Part shown: positions 1 to 11,560 of the stretch, in pieces
Layout: each line of letters opens with the position of its first letter
How positions within the stretch are numbered: the stretch's first letter is position 1
DNA from: Psammoneis japonica
Taxonomy: Eukaryota
Length of the DNA: 64,000 bases
Reading direction: 5' to 3'
Assembly: GCA_008632985.1 (NCBI GenBank)
Contig: QPGO01000005.1
Location: forward strand, 517,607-581,606
Translations under genes and position numbers: made by a program
Notes under the pieces: generated by a model
What the model was told of the DNA's origin: nothing
What the model saw: the letters and a program-made list of their open reading frames with translations, nothing else
The model's database searches: none

Positions 1-1688
1 CTAAAAAGCAAAAAGATCCCGACATGCCTTCTTTGCACGAGGCCATGCGCAGCGATGAATCCGAAGAGTGGGTCAAGGCTGTGAAAATCGAAATTGACGT
101 GCCACTCCACCGACGTGCATGGGAAATGGTGCCAAGAACGGCAGATGTGAATGCACTACCCGGCACATGGGCTTTCAAACTCAAACGACTCCCGGATGGT
201 GCGCCCTTGAAGTGCAAGGCACGATGTTGCGTTCGCGGCGATTTACAGAAACACGGGATCGATTTTTTCGAGACCTGCGCGCCGGCAGTGCAATGGTCGT
301 CCATGCGCCTTCTCCTCACCACGGTGCTCAAGGAAGGTTGGACCACACGTCAAGTGGACCATGCCACAGCCTTCTGCCAAGCTGACATCAAGGAGAAGGT
401 CCATGTAGAGCCTCCAAAGGGTTTCCAACCAAAATCGGGCGCCGACCTGGTGCCAAAATTATTGAAAGGCCTGCACGGCCTACGCCAGTCTCCCAAGTGC
501 TTCCATGAAAAGCTGAGGGACGGATTGCTCGAAAGAGGATGGATTCAATCCGCCATTGACCCTTGTCTTTATTTCAAAAAGGGCATGCCATGTGTGGCAC
601 ATGTTGACGACACCGTGTTCGCCGGCGCATCGGCCCAAGCCTTGGAAGCAGAGATTGCCAAGTTGGGTGTCTCCAACGATGAGCAACGCCATGTCTTTGA
701 TCTACGTGATGAAGGCGAAGTCGGTAACTTTCCAGGGATCAAGATTCAAAAGCTCGAAGACGGCCGATTCCTCCTGACCCAACCCGGCCTAATTGAGAAA
801 GTTCTCCGCACCGCACAGATGACTGAGTGCAACGGCGCACCTGCTCCTGCCTTGCCTGCTCCTGCTGGCAGCGACACCGACGGGCCACCGTTCGAAGAGC
901 CTTATGACTGCCGTTCCGTGGTCGGCATGCTGATGCATCTAGCGTCCAACAGCCGCCCGGACATTGCTTGCGCGACCCATCAAGTCGCACGGTTCTCCTG
1001 CGCACCCAAGGCCTCCCACGCTGCGGCTGTCAAGCGCATTCTTCGTCACCTGAAGGACACAGCCGATAAAGGACTTATCCTGACTCCAACCGCCGATCAA
1101 CGACTCGACTGCTGTGTTGATGCTGATTTCGCGGGACTCTTCAGTGTTGAAGATGGACAAGATCCCACGTCTGTTAAGTCACGTGCGGGACATGTCATTT
1201 GTTGTGCTGGATGTCCGATTGTCTGGGTGTCCAAGTTGCAGACCCTCGTCGCACTCTCTGCCATGGAAGCCGAGCATGTCGCCCTCTCCCAAGCGATGCG
1301 TGATCTCATCCCCCTTCGCGAGATCGTGAAGGAAATCAACGCGCTCGTTTTCGGACAGCCGGACAGACAGACCGATATTTCGACACATTCGAAGGCTTTC
1401 CGACACGCCAACGACGGAACTGAGGATTCTCCCATTGACTCTACTAACCTCCCAGCATCCGTTGTGTACGAAGACAATGCTGCCTGCCTCCAATTCGCCC
1501 GTGTGCCAAAATTATCCCCACGAACCAAGCACATCGGCATTCCCCACCATTGGTTTCGCACTAAAGTTGAGGCTTTGGAGATCAAAATTGAGCCTGTGAG
1601 CTCAGCTGCACAGCTTGCTGACCAGTTTGCTAAAGGATTGACTGTTGATCTATTCCGTGCTGGTCGCAAAGCCCTCATGGGCTGGTGA
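1..1688 (+). mobile_element. Ty1/Copia (CoDi-type) pol, RT + RNase H, 5'-truncated by the window edge; inactivated by missense changes
   Basis: Copia motifs with Y>H/C changes: CKAR (YKAR), ETCAPAV (ETYAPVV), LHGLRQ (LYGLKQ), HVDD (YVDD), EAEH (EAEY); RNase H EDN...PRTKHI...ADQFAK. Only 3 Tyr in 554 aa. Confidence 0.95.
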
Positions 1689-1715
1689 CTGATAGTTCTC
1701 CTTCTCTTTTCGGTT

Positions 1716-1990
1716 GAGAGGGAGAGTCACGAGTCAACAACCGAGTCTGATTCACGGATGATGCTCCCGGTCATGGATCTCTTCTTCCGGAAGAAATGTC
1801 CGTTGAGTCTTGTAGCGACAGCAATCGGAGTGACACACACGACCGTTGGGTCATAATGTCATCTCCAATCCCTCGTGAGATCTTCTCACAATTCGCATCT
1901 TTAGCGTATCTCATTGTCCCAAAACCTACTTCTTATCATCCTCTGTTGTATTGTACAACCTCAAGAGAGTCCTGAACTCTCCATCCTACA
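1716..1990 (+). repeat. Polypurine tract and probable 3' LTR of the Copia element
   Basis: GAGAGGGAG tract just after the pol stop; segment ends ...ATCCTACA at 1990, where acetamidase similarity starts on the other strand. The LTR start is non-canonical (AGTC) and the partner LTR is outside the window. Confidence 0.5.
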
Positions 1991-2445
1991 CAGTGCATTG
2001 TTGCATCCCAAGTCGACGGAGCAATTTTTCCTCCAAAGCAGTCCAAGGTTTCCACGTGTACAACGTCGCCAGGTTCTATTTCAAGGACTGGTTCATGGGA
2101 TGCAGAGAACGAAAAGTGGTGATGTTTGTTGGACAAAAAGTGATCCGCTCGTTCAAATTCTCGCGGCAGATGTCGCAGCTTCGACAAGGTCTGTTTTTCT
2201 CGCGCTGGCAATTCTTCAATCGCACCATCCATCTCACTGGGAGAATCTTCAACGACCTGAAGAGCTGCCTTTTTGACACTGTCAATCTGGAAAGCCGAGT
2301 GAGCCTCGGAAACCGCAGAAGCTTTGGCTTTGTTGCGCTTTCTTTCTGCCGCCTCTTTTTCTGCCTTGGCGGCAGTTGCTTCTGCAGCCTTTTTCTTTTT
2401 CTTCTTGTTAAACATGAGCGACGCGTCAAACCCTGCACTTCGCAC
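1991..2445 (-). pseudogene. 5' part of an acetamidase/formamidase-family gene, apparently interrupted by the Copia element
   Basis: HHFSFSASHEPVLEIEPGDVVHVETLDCFGG matches the FmdA/AmdA N-terminal motif; the frame runs into the putative LTR and stops at 1936. Confidence 0.6.
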
Positions 2446-2704
2446 TGCTCTACTAGCAGAGTATATTCAAGGGGAAAAAGAAGAAAGAGAGCCCAGCAAT
2501 AGCAGCAGCAACAAGCAACAACAGCAACAACAAGCGATAAAGTGAAAAGTGATGAGTGATTTACGATTTGGTCGTCTCTCGCGGCTTTTTGACTTTTTCG
2601 CATTTTACTTTTGAATTTCGTATTTTTTCAATTCTTCAGCCTTTTCACGAAACTCGCATCAACCACACACATCTTTTCAACCTTGAACACAAAAACGACG
2701 GGAG

Positions 2705-3664
2705 ATGTATTCTGCCGGCATATGCCTCTCAAAACTGCCACGATGGAAATTGCAGTCCATTTGTTTTGTTCTAACCATAGCCGTGGTAGCAGCAGCTGGC
2801 CCTTTTCGGAATGGATTGGCGTTTGGAGGCGTCTTTGCATCTCGACAAACACACCGCACAGATCGCTCCACATTGTGCATCAGTAAGGCGTCTGCCACCG
2901 CCGAACAGGAAGGATTATATCGCCCTTTTGTAGAGCATGCATGGAATATGTTACAATCAAGCGGGTTGTTTGTTCCAATCAACGACTTGCCGTCGGATCT
3001 TTTGTTCAACTCTGCGCCCGCAAAAGGAATGCCACCAGACAGCGTCGTTCAAATGCAAGTCAAAGCCATGACACCAACAGAAAATGCATCTTCAGTGGTA
3101 AGATATGCACGATATGCTCTTTTGGAAACATTGGTTCCATCATCTGAGAAGAATTCGACAGCTGGCATTCAAATTATGAACTTGGTGGTATTCCCGTCGC
3201 AGTACGAGGCACTGCCGGTTTGGGGTGTCGATCTTGTGAGCTTGCCCGGTGGGCGACATTTGCTAGCCATGGATGTTCAGCCAATGTCAAAAGAGTATGA
3301 AATGGGTTCGAGCTGGGACAAGTGGCATGAGAAGCATGTACAGGACGTTTTTGAATGGGGCGGAGACGTGCCCGAGGAAGCGGGACGCTTCTTCTCCAAG
3401 AATGCGCTATGGACGAGGCTCAAGGGAGGCGAAAACGCCACCAGCATCATTCAGACAAAAGTGTGGGATGCTTTCTGTGAACACTTGGAGTTGTACTTGG
3501 AAATGCTTAACAACCACACGCCAACCGAATCATCACCAAATGTTCAAAAGGAGTATTTGCAGTATCGACTACAGAACGATCCAGCTCGACCAATGTTGCA
3601 GAGTCTTTACGGGCCAGAATGGACAGAAGAGGTTCTGGAAACTGTTCTTTTTCCATCCTTGTAG
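2705..3664 (+). CDS. pebB: Ferredoxin-dependent bilin reductase, PebB/HY2-like, probably plastid-targeted
   Basis: LPVWGVDLVSLPGG, WGGDVPEEAGRFFS, YLQYRLQNDPARPML..LYG.EWTE motifs; hydrophobic N-terminus followed by GLAF, resembling an ASAFAP bipartite signal. Confidence 0.85.
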   Translation: MYSAGICLSKLPRWKLQSICFVLTIAVVAAAGPFRNGLAFGGVFASRQTHRTDRSTLCISKASATAEQEGLYRPFVEHAWNMLQSSGLFVPINDLPSDLLFNSAPAKGMPPDSVVQMQVKAMTPTENASSVVRYARYALLETLVPSSEKNSTAGIQIMNLVVFPSQYEALPVWGVDLVSLPGGRHLLAMDVQPMSKEYEMGSSWDKWHEKHVQDVFEWGGDVPEEAGRFFSKNALWTRLKGGENATSIIQTKVWDAFCEHLELYLEMLNNHTPTESSPNVQKEYLQYRLQNDPARPMLQSLYGPEWTEEVLETVLFPSL

Positions 3665-4265
3665 TATTCAAGTACCTTAGATTGGCAGAAATCCAACGCG
3701 TCTTAGCAGTCAGTAGTTGTCATCTCGTTTTTGCAACGGGCTGTTTATATGTTGTAAAGGGATGACTTGTTCAACTTCATTGACGGTCAAGAGATACCGG
3801 TAAGAGTCTGGGTATTCATGAAGAGAATACCTGGGATTCTTTCAATACCTGTACACGGGATAAGGGCCTGGCTATTAATTTCGAAAGAGAATAGCTGAAA
3901 CCTGAGACTCCTTCGATGCTTCTGGCTTTCTCATGTGAGGACGGAGGAGGCGGTTCTCCCGAGAATCAAATCTACGATATAGTCTACATTTATGTTGGCC
4001 GCGATGAAAATTACATGCACACCATTCTTACAAGGGCCACTGCAAAATAACACAGAAAACAGATCGAAACCCAGACATGGGAACCAATCTGGTACCACGT
4101 GTTTGTTCACCGTCAATCAAACAGTTTTATTCTGTACCAGATCAACACGTTTGGCACTTCATTACTGAAATAATTTTTCAACATACCAATGTTCGATTCT
4201 CAGCACCAATACTAGTACGGTACCGGTACCGGTAGGCCCTAGGGCCTAGACATGCAACGGGTTAA

Positions 4266-4755
4266 GGTGGTACGGGTACAAAAGTGGGCCAGATTCTACG
4301 TATGTAGAGCTTAGTATGTTTTCTACACAAATCGCCAAAGTCGGCTCGCCAACTTGAACCCTCTCCAGGACGATGGAAACTTGGACATTTCACATAACAA
4401 AGTGATTCGACTACTTAATTACACTCTCCTCGACTTGTTTAGGGAAAGAAGTTACAAGTTTTCATAGGTTTCTGATAATATATAACGAATCTAATCAGAA
4501 AGGTGCCAAAATCGCGACGTTCGAGTTTTAAAGAGCCATACAAAACGAGAAACCCATGGAAACTTGTAACTTCTCTTCATAAACAAGTCGAGGGGAGTGT
4601 AATTAAGGAGTCGAAACACTTTGTTATGTGAAATGTCCAAGTTTCCATCGTCCTGGAGAGGGTTCAAGTTGGCGAGCCGACTTTGGCGATTTGTGTAGAA
4701 AACATACTAAGATCTACGCGCGTAGAATCTGGCCCACTTTTGTACCCGTACCACC
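4266..4755. mobile_element. Non-autonomous MITE with about 207-bp TIRs and TTAA target duplication (Kolobok-like GG..CC ends)
   Basis: 4266-4472 is a near-perfect inverted copy of 4549-4755; TTAA at 4262-4265 and 4756-4759; no coding capacity. Confidence 0.85.
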
Positions 4756-5027
4756 TTAAAGGGGAAACTGTCGCAGAAAGGCAGAAAAAGACAAAAAGTG
4801 AGACAGATCTCTGTGTAACAAATAGAGTGTCCAGTGATGTAGACAAAAATAAAGATTTTTCTTTATTCGAACATGAAGAAAAATTTAAAAGTTATATTAG
4901 AAGATCTACCTTTCAGATATAACATAATATGTTGTTGTCGTCTTGCAATGCCCGTCTTCAGAGATCGGCCATGAGCGCAACAACAAACAACAATTAAATT
5001 GCAACCGCACTATGAACAGTCGCCGCC

Positions 5028-7805
5028 ATGACAAAGTCTCATCGTCGTAACAAAGGAAAGCAAGCACATCAAGAAGAACCGCCTTCTGTGGACATTACTG
5101 AGAAGGAGGAAACGATGCCCGAGAGCAAGGACGGAATAAGTGACGAGAAAAACGAAACGGAACAACAAGTTAACCGCAAAGATCAAAATGCCAACGCAAC
5201 AGCAGCAGCAGCCGCAGCAAGTAGCAAAGACACTCCCCAACCACATCAGCAACCGCCTCCTCCCCCTCCTCCATCTACACGTGGTACTCTTGTATTGACA
5301 AGCGGCAAACGACGTGGTATCTACGAGTGTGATTATTGTCATTCAGATATTTCTCAAGTCCCACGAATTCAGTGCGCGAACTGCCCTGAATTTGATTTGT
5401 GTCTGGATTGCTTTGCCACGACGGATCACTCGGCCGCCATTGCGAGACTCAAGGCACGAGGACAAGTTCATGATGCCGTCGTTTCGACGATCAAGTCGGG
5501 AGTTTCGGCTGCAGCGGCTCATCATGATTGCAGTCATGGATACCGTGTAGCCGACAGCACGCGATACCCGCTCTTTCCTGCGGTTCGTGCCGTTGTCAAA
5601 CCAAGTGCGAGTTCCGACACTACTGATACAGCAACCTCCATAGAAAAGAAGGATGACGCTGAATCTTCCAAATCTGACTCTCCGCCTTTGAAGAAACTCA
5701 GGGTAGATGACGAAGGATCCAGCAAGGCCGAATCACCGGATGCTATGGAAATTGACACGCAAGAAAAGAAAACCACCACGGCTGTTCCAGAAGCAAAAGA
5801 AGTAGCTTCACAAGAACACCAAGATAAACCAATCACTGGAGCTCCCTCTACAGTGAAAGAGACCGAAGCAAAGACTGGTGAAAAGTCGCAATACGCGTCG
5901 CCGTCGGAGCTTATGGTTCTTCCCGACGACCCCAAGTCCATCTGGACCGTAGAAGAGGACCTGAGGCTCTTGGATGCCATTGAAACATGCGGAATGGGTA
6001 ATTGGGTCGACATTGCAGAGGCTATCCAGGGCAATGGCTCCTCCAACAAAACGGCTAAGCGCTGTATGGAGCGATACTTTGACGACTTTCTGGGACGTTA
6101 CGGTCACATTCTCCCGCCCTTTACATTTGTACAGGAGGACAGCGACGACGGAGAACAAAAGGGAAACGAAGACGTTCACGAGACTCACTCTGACACGGAC
6201 CTTGCCGGGAGTGCGAAGCGACGACGAGTGGAACGTCCCTTGTTTCGAAGTCAGAGTGTCATGTCCACCATGTCCAATGTCAACATTATGAAAAAGGCAA
6301 AGGTTGCGCCGACACCGTCATTGCCAGGCTATGACAAGATATGGCCAGACCCTTACATTCCACCCACTTCCAATGCAGCAATGGATCAGCAAGTTGGTCG
6401 GGATCTAACCATGAAGGCAGAATATCAATACGTCAAGACGATTGGAAATGCGGAAAGCAAGGCTGAAGTAGACAAGATACGTAAGGAATGGATGGAAGCA
6501 AACAAAGACAACAAATACGGACCAACCGTGTTCCCACCACGCACGGCTGATACGGCAGAATTACCGGGAGCCGAGTTGGCCGGTTACATGCCTCGGCGCG
6601 GGGACTTTGATATGGAATGGGACAATGATGCCGAAACCATACTGGCTGACATGGAGTTTTCGCCCGACGATTTGCCACAAGACCGCCAGCTCAAGATTCA
6701 AGTGATTGAGATCTACAATGCCAAGTTGGACGAGAGGGAGCGTCGCAAGAATTTTTTACTGAGTCGGAATCTTACGGATTATCGAAGGAATCAACAAGCG
6801 GATGCAAAGCTGCCGCGAGACGAACGAGATTTGGTTCGCAGGATGCGTTTATTCGAACGGTTGCACACGCCCGAAGAGCATAAGCAATTCATTGCTGATC
6901 TACTAAAGGCGAAACGTCTTCGTAAGGAGATTGCAAAGCTGCAGATGTACAGACGCATGGGTATTCGAACCATGGCAGAGGCAGAACGTTATGAGCTAGA
7001 CAAGAGTCGACGGGAGTATCACAAAGCTGCTCAAGTGCAAAAAGAGTTAGAGATCGAAAAAGCCAAGCAGGCCGCTGCAAGGGTAGCAGCTGCCAAGGAA
7101 GCCGATGTCGAGACTGACGGAGGCGGTGACGGCGTGACTTCCACTGGAGCTGTTGACTATGAATCAATCACTTCTTCTTCTTCGTTGTGGAAACAGTACA
7201 AAGCGAATGATCGCTCGAATCGACGAAGCATCAATCGTGGGAGTTCTTCGATCTCTATTACTTCAGTGCCATCTGCGTCGGGAGAATCCAATGCTGGCTC
7301 GCCGGCAAAAGAAGAGAATGACGCAAACGCGGGAGAAAACAAAGCTGAAGCTGGCAAACCGCAGGCAGAAGGCACCGAGTCAGCAGAAAACAAAGTAAGT
7401 GAAACCAACGGAGAGCCGATGGAAGTGGAAGTGCACGTTTCAGAGGCCCAGTCTAAGCCTGAAGCTGTAGTCGAGGCTGACGACAAGAAAGACGTTCGAG
7501 AAAACAAGAGTGATGATAAGCAGAACGCGACATCGTTCGACATTACTTCTTCTCGGGGGTACAAGTTGCTAACCAAGAACGAGGTGGGGTTATGCGAGAG
7601 ACTCCAGCTACTGCCAGCGCACTATCTGGAAATCAAAAAGGCGCTCATAGAGGAGTCCCTCACCCGTGGCCTTTTGGATAGGGAAGGGAACGCATCGCAC
7701 AAGCGTGCAATTGTCAAGATTGATGCGGAAAAGCGTGGCGACGTTATTGACTTTATGGTTCGCGCCGGGTGGATATCAACTTCAGTGGGCGCATCTAGTG
7801 CATAG
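5028..7805 (+). CDS. ADA2: Transcriptional adapter ADA2 (SAGA subunit)
   Basis: ZZ finger CDYC..C..C.EFDLCLDCF, SANT WTVEEDLRLLDAIE..GMGNW, ADA box GYMPRRGDFDMEWDNDAE, C-terminal SWIRM-like domain; intact 925 aa. Confidence 0.95.
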   Translation: MTKSHRRNKGKQAHQEEPPSVDITEKEETMPESKDGISDEKNETEQQVNRKDQNANATAAAAAASSKDTPQPHQQPPPPPPPSTRGTLVLTSGKRRGIYECDYCHSDISQVPRIQCANCPEFDLCLDCFATTDHSAAIARLKARGQVHDAVVSTIKSGVSAAAAHHDCSHGYRVADSTRYPLFPAVRAVVKPSASSDTTDTATSIEKKDDAESSKSDSPPLKKLRVDDEGSSKAESPDAMEIDTQEKKTTTAVPEAKEVASQEHQDKPITGAPSTVKETEAKTGEKSQYASPSELMVLPDDPKSIWTVEEDLRLLDAIETCGMGNWVDIAEAIQGNGSSNKTAKRCMERYFDDFLGRYGHILPPFTFVQEDSDDGEQKGNEDVHETHSDTDLAGSAKRRRVERPLFRSQSVMSTMSNVNIMKKAKVAPTPSLPGYDKIWPDPYIPPTSNAAMDQQVGRDLTMKAEYQYVKTIGNAESKAEVDKIRKEWMEANKDNKYGPTVFPPRTADTAELPGAELAGYMPRRGDFDMEWDNDAETILADMEFSPDDLPQDRQLKIQVIEIYNAKLDERERRKNFLLSRNLTDYRRNQQADAKLPRDERDLVRRMRLFERLHTPEEHKQFIADLLKAKRLRKEIAKLQMYRRMGIRTMAEAERYELDKSRREYHKAAQVQKELEIEKAKQAAARVAAAKEADVETDGGGDGVTSTGAVDYESITSSSSLWKQYKANDRSNRRSINRGSSSISITSVPSASGESNAGSPAKEENDANAGENKAEAGKPQAEGTESAENKVSETNGEPMEVEVHVSEAQSKPEAVVEADDKKDVRENKSDDKQNATSFDITSSRGYKLLTKNEVGLCERLQLLPAHYLEIKKALIEESLTRGLLDREGNASHKRAIVKIDAEKRGDVIDFMVRAGWISTSVGASSA

Positions 7806-7811
7806 ACAACT

Positions 7812-8101
7812 TTCATAAGACCTCTAGTTCGAGATATGATGTGGACAAGGAAGCTGTTAGTGATTGATACATCTTTAGTACTTCTACCGTAGGGTTCTTT
7901 GTGACATTCGTTGTCCGGATGAAAGTCTTGTGGATGTCTGCAATTTCAGATCGAGTAGGCGGATTGTGTGGCTGGTGCGAAAAGGCTACTAAGTGGTGTT
8001 GTCGGCTAGCGCCATAGCGTCTCACCACAAGGTACTACATTACGGCTCTCTCATGGGAGCCCCTATCGCCTGATAAATCAGTCGAGCTAAGTTACCGTAC
8101 C
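7812..8101 (+). repeat. 290-bp dispersed duplicate, copy 1 (TpA intact)
   Basis: Colinear, without indels, with 10205-10494. Confidence 0.95.
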
Positions 8102-8284
8102 CTGCTACATACCTCACTCTCCATCGTGAATCGTGAGTCTATGCGCGCGGTATACGGTCGACGCATAAAGACTCACGATGGAGAGTGCTGCTACCTAGCT
8201 CTAGCTAGTAACCCATGGCAGCCTTCACCTTTCTCAAATCGGACTCCTTCTCGTAAAAGACGAACCAAGTGTTGTCTCTGTTCC
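8102..8284 (-). repeat. Duplicate of the 3' end and UTR of the exonuclease-KH gene (TpA largely intact)
   Basis: Colinear with 46419-46601; encodes NRDNTWFVFYEKESDLRKVKAAMGY-stop. Confidence 0.95.
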
Positions 8285-8740
8285 ATCCTTCAAGTCGTGC
8301 ACGAGCCACGCTCTCGCATTCGGGCATAAAACAGGTTGCTGCCGGAAATGTTCGGCCGGGTGTGGAAATCACTTGAGGGGGCGGTTCCTTCATGTCACTG
8401 TTACCACCGAAATAGTCTACAAACAACTGTGGAGATGCAGCAGCCGACATGAGCACAATTTTGAGGTCCTTTTGTTTTTGAAGAAGAATCTTGAGTAGCG
8501 TCAAGCAGAAATCTGTGTTCAAGTCTCGTTCATGTGCTTCATCAATCACCAATGCACAACAACGAGAAAGAGACAGCCCGTCCCTGTCGGTCTCGTTTGG
8601 GTCGTTGACCAGCATACGAACAAGGAATCCCAACAGTACAGTGCACCAATTTCGTGGTGGACTCACTCATGGCTCGGTTGAGGCGCACCACATAAAACCA
8701 ACTTGTGACTCGGGTTGACCTGGGATTCGACAATGTGCGC
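8285..8740 (-). pseudogene. DEAH-box RNA helicase gene fragment
   Basis: VVRL...KLVHCTVG, LVIDEAHERDLNTDF, LKIVLMSA, PGRTFP motifs; frameshifted and truncated. Confidence 0.85.
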
Positions 8741-10204
8741 TGAAGATCTCATCCTAGACTAGGTCAAGGACTGCCTCGCCAAGAACCACTAAGAAGTAAC
8801 TCAGCATTAGAGCACTTAGGAGTCTCATAGAGTAGAGCTTTCGGCAACACTCTACTCCGCACTGGGGGGGTTGGGCAAACCCATGCCCTCCGCAGGGTCT
8901 CGAGTGGAACTCGAGGGCTCGAGAATGGGTTTCCCGGACCATGCTCCGGGCGCTTCCGAGGGGGCCCAGTGGGGGGTTCCTTCGGCATTACGTGACGTCG
9001 GCACCCCGAACTGGGGAATCCCCGAACTCGGAATTGATGGCAACGCCAGACGCCAATGGATTCCCTTCGTAGTTGGGCGTCGTCGAGAGCATGGAACGGC
9101 AGGAAAGCATCCTAAACTTTGCCGATAGACTCCCGCGGTCTTGTCTACAAAGGTGAGCACAAATCCAGGGAGTGGTGGGTGGGCAGCAAAAAATGGCCAT
9201 TCCAGTGCTTTGATGTGGTCCAGTCACGTTGATCAGGGTTCCTGTCTCAACAAAGATGGAAAAGTGAGAGAAAACAGGATGCCGATGAGTTTGACCGGTC
9301 ACAGTGACCGGTCATCTTGGCCCAGAGGTGCCCTCTTCCGGAAGAGGCATTTGTCGTTGGCCCAGCTAGATGAGAGGTCTTGCTTTGCACGGGTCGTCTC
9401 CATCTGGGTGAACTTGGGTGCGAGGAGTGCTGGACACGACCGTCAGAAAAATCCAACGGACATTTTTTTCCTCATGCCTGGCTGTACGTAGCACGTTTGG
9501 CACGGCGTCACACGCAAAGCACGAGCTCGAATTTAATGTTTTAGCAACCCGGAACGTTGCAATCGCTGCAATCGTTGCATTTGCACTTTTTTCCCCGTGT
9601 GAATGACACGTGTTTTTGTCAGGAGGTGGGGACATCGGGGGACATTTGGGGACACACCACCACGAGCTCTTTCGTGCAGAGCAGCACTGAGTTCCATGCA
9701 TGCACGACATTCGGCATTTTTCTTTTCACTGCCACCATGACAATTGGTTGATTTGCAGTGCCGCTCTGCTTGTCTAACGGCAGAGTGGGTGCTTCGACAC
9801 CTGCCCATTTTGAAGACAAAATGCAAACAGCCACAGCTTCCACTGCAGCACACTGCGTTGCAAACCACAGCAGATGCGTGGTGCGGTTTGAACAACATGG
9901 AATCCTTTCAACGAATTCTAGAGCATGCAACGCTGAAGCGTGCAAGACAAAACAAGAAGAAAAAAGGGCCAGCCGAACTCCGTTTGTACGAGATCAGAGT
10001 GTCTCCCACTTGCATGTTGGCACACAGCAAGTTCCAAATGTCGAGATTGAGCGTCCAGAGGCCGACCTTCTTCTTGACCTTGGCATCGGGCAGCCGAATC
10101 ACTGCGCTGCTAAAGATGGCATCAAACTCGTCAAAATCACCAATGGCCAAGTGACGGCATAGAGAGAACTTTCCTTGATCTTTGTCGGTGAACTCGCGAA
10201 GGAA

Positions 10205-10494
10205 TTCACAAGACTTCCAGTTCGAGACATGATGTGGACAAGGAAGCTGTCAGTGATTGATGCATCTTTGGCACTTCTGCCACAGGGTTCTTTGTGACAT
10301 TCGTTGTCCGGATGAAAGTCTTGTGGATGTCTGCAATTTCAGATCGAGCAGGCGGAATGTGTGGCTGGTGCGAAAAGGCTGCCAAGTGGTGTTGTCGGCT
10401 GGCGCCACAGTGTCTCACCACAAGGTGCTGCATTGCGGCTCTCTCATGGGAGCCCCCATCGCCTGACAAATCAGTCGAGCTAAGTTGCTGCACC
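10205..10494 (+). repeat. 290-bp dispersed duplicate, copy 2 (TpA converted)
   Basis: Aligns to 7812-8101; 21 of 22 TpAs replaced by CA or TG. Confidence 0.95.
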
Positions 10495-11560
10495 AAGACC
10501 GATTGTCAGTTGCATTGGTGGCTTCAACGAAATCTTTTCAAACTGGTTGGACAAGAAGATGAAAGAGCTTCTCACCCTCTCTTGCTCATGCATCCAAGAT
10601 TCGCATCAAGTTCTTTCGGATTTGCGAAAACTGGGAACCTTGCCTCAAGGTGCAAAGCTTTTTGCTGTCAATGCCATCAGCATGTGTTCGAACATCGACA
10701 CAAATCATGCCCTGGAAGTCTTTCAAGATTGGTTTGATGCCTGCCCTGAAGAAATGCCAGACGATTTCCCAACAAAGTTCTTCCTTTCTGCCCTCAGTGT
10801 CATCATGACATGAAACATCATCCAGTTCGATGACACTCACTGGCTTCAAACTTGCGGAACAGCAATGGGAACCAGCGCAGCTTGCATGCATGCAATGCTG
10901 TGCAAAGCTTTGCATGAGCGCCAAGCACTGAAGATGCACTTCGGCACCAACCTCATGTGCTGTGGCCGCTTTGTTGACGACATCCTCAGAGCATGGACCA
11001 GAGACCCCGACGCGACATGGACAGAATTCAAAAATGAAATGAACAACTCTGGCCCTCTTGCATGGGAAACTTCCCCGCTCTCAACCTCCGCCACATTTTT
11101 GGATCTCGAAATCCAATCGGAGCTGACGACAGAGTCATCACTCGCGCGTGCCAAAAACCGATGAATCTTTTTTTTTTACATCCTGCCGACTTCGGCACAC
11201 ACCCCAGGAGTGCCAAAAAGCATCGTGTGCGGCAATTTACGACGCTTCTGGATGCAAAACTCCAACGCAACAGATTGCATCACTGTTGCCAGGAACTTTG
11301 CGAACCATCTCGAGGAAAGAGGACATGATCGAGCCACGCCACGCGAAATCTTCATGGAAGCCGCGCAGCGCCTCTGCTCCTCCTTGTCACCACACCGCTC
11401 CAATGCTGCTGCTGACCCAAATTCTGCACCATTCTTTCATGAAGAATTTCACCCACGTGGGACACCACGTGTCTGCATCCGCCGGGTGCACGAGCAAACC
11501 TTGCAGGGCCACTCTGGCTTCGACCATTTCGCACTCGCTCACTCACGACCATGAAACTTG
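10495..11560 (+). mobile_element. Penelope-like retroelement RT remnant
   Basis: RPIVSC, AISMCSNID (SMYTNID), QFDDTHWLQTCGTAMGT, GRFVDDI, TFLDLEI, KPMNLF motifs across a stop and a frameshift. Confidence 0.75.

Noticed and set aside
8865..9700. GC-rich segments and GGGGACA repeats as transposon termini
   Set aside because: No matching partner end or TSD found in the window.
7812..10494. Conventional fungal-type RIP (CA/TG>TA) acting on copy 1
   Set aside because: The pair alone is direction-ambiguous, and copy 1 has a TAG where copy 2 has CAG. However, copy 1 keeps many CA/TG sites, and catalytic Tyr of several unrelated TE families are lost across tens of kb, which requires TA>CA/TG.
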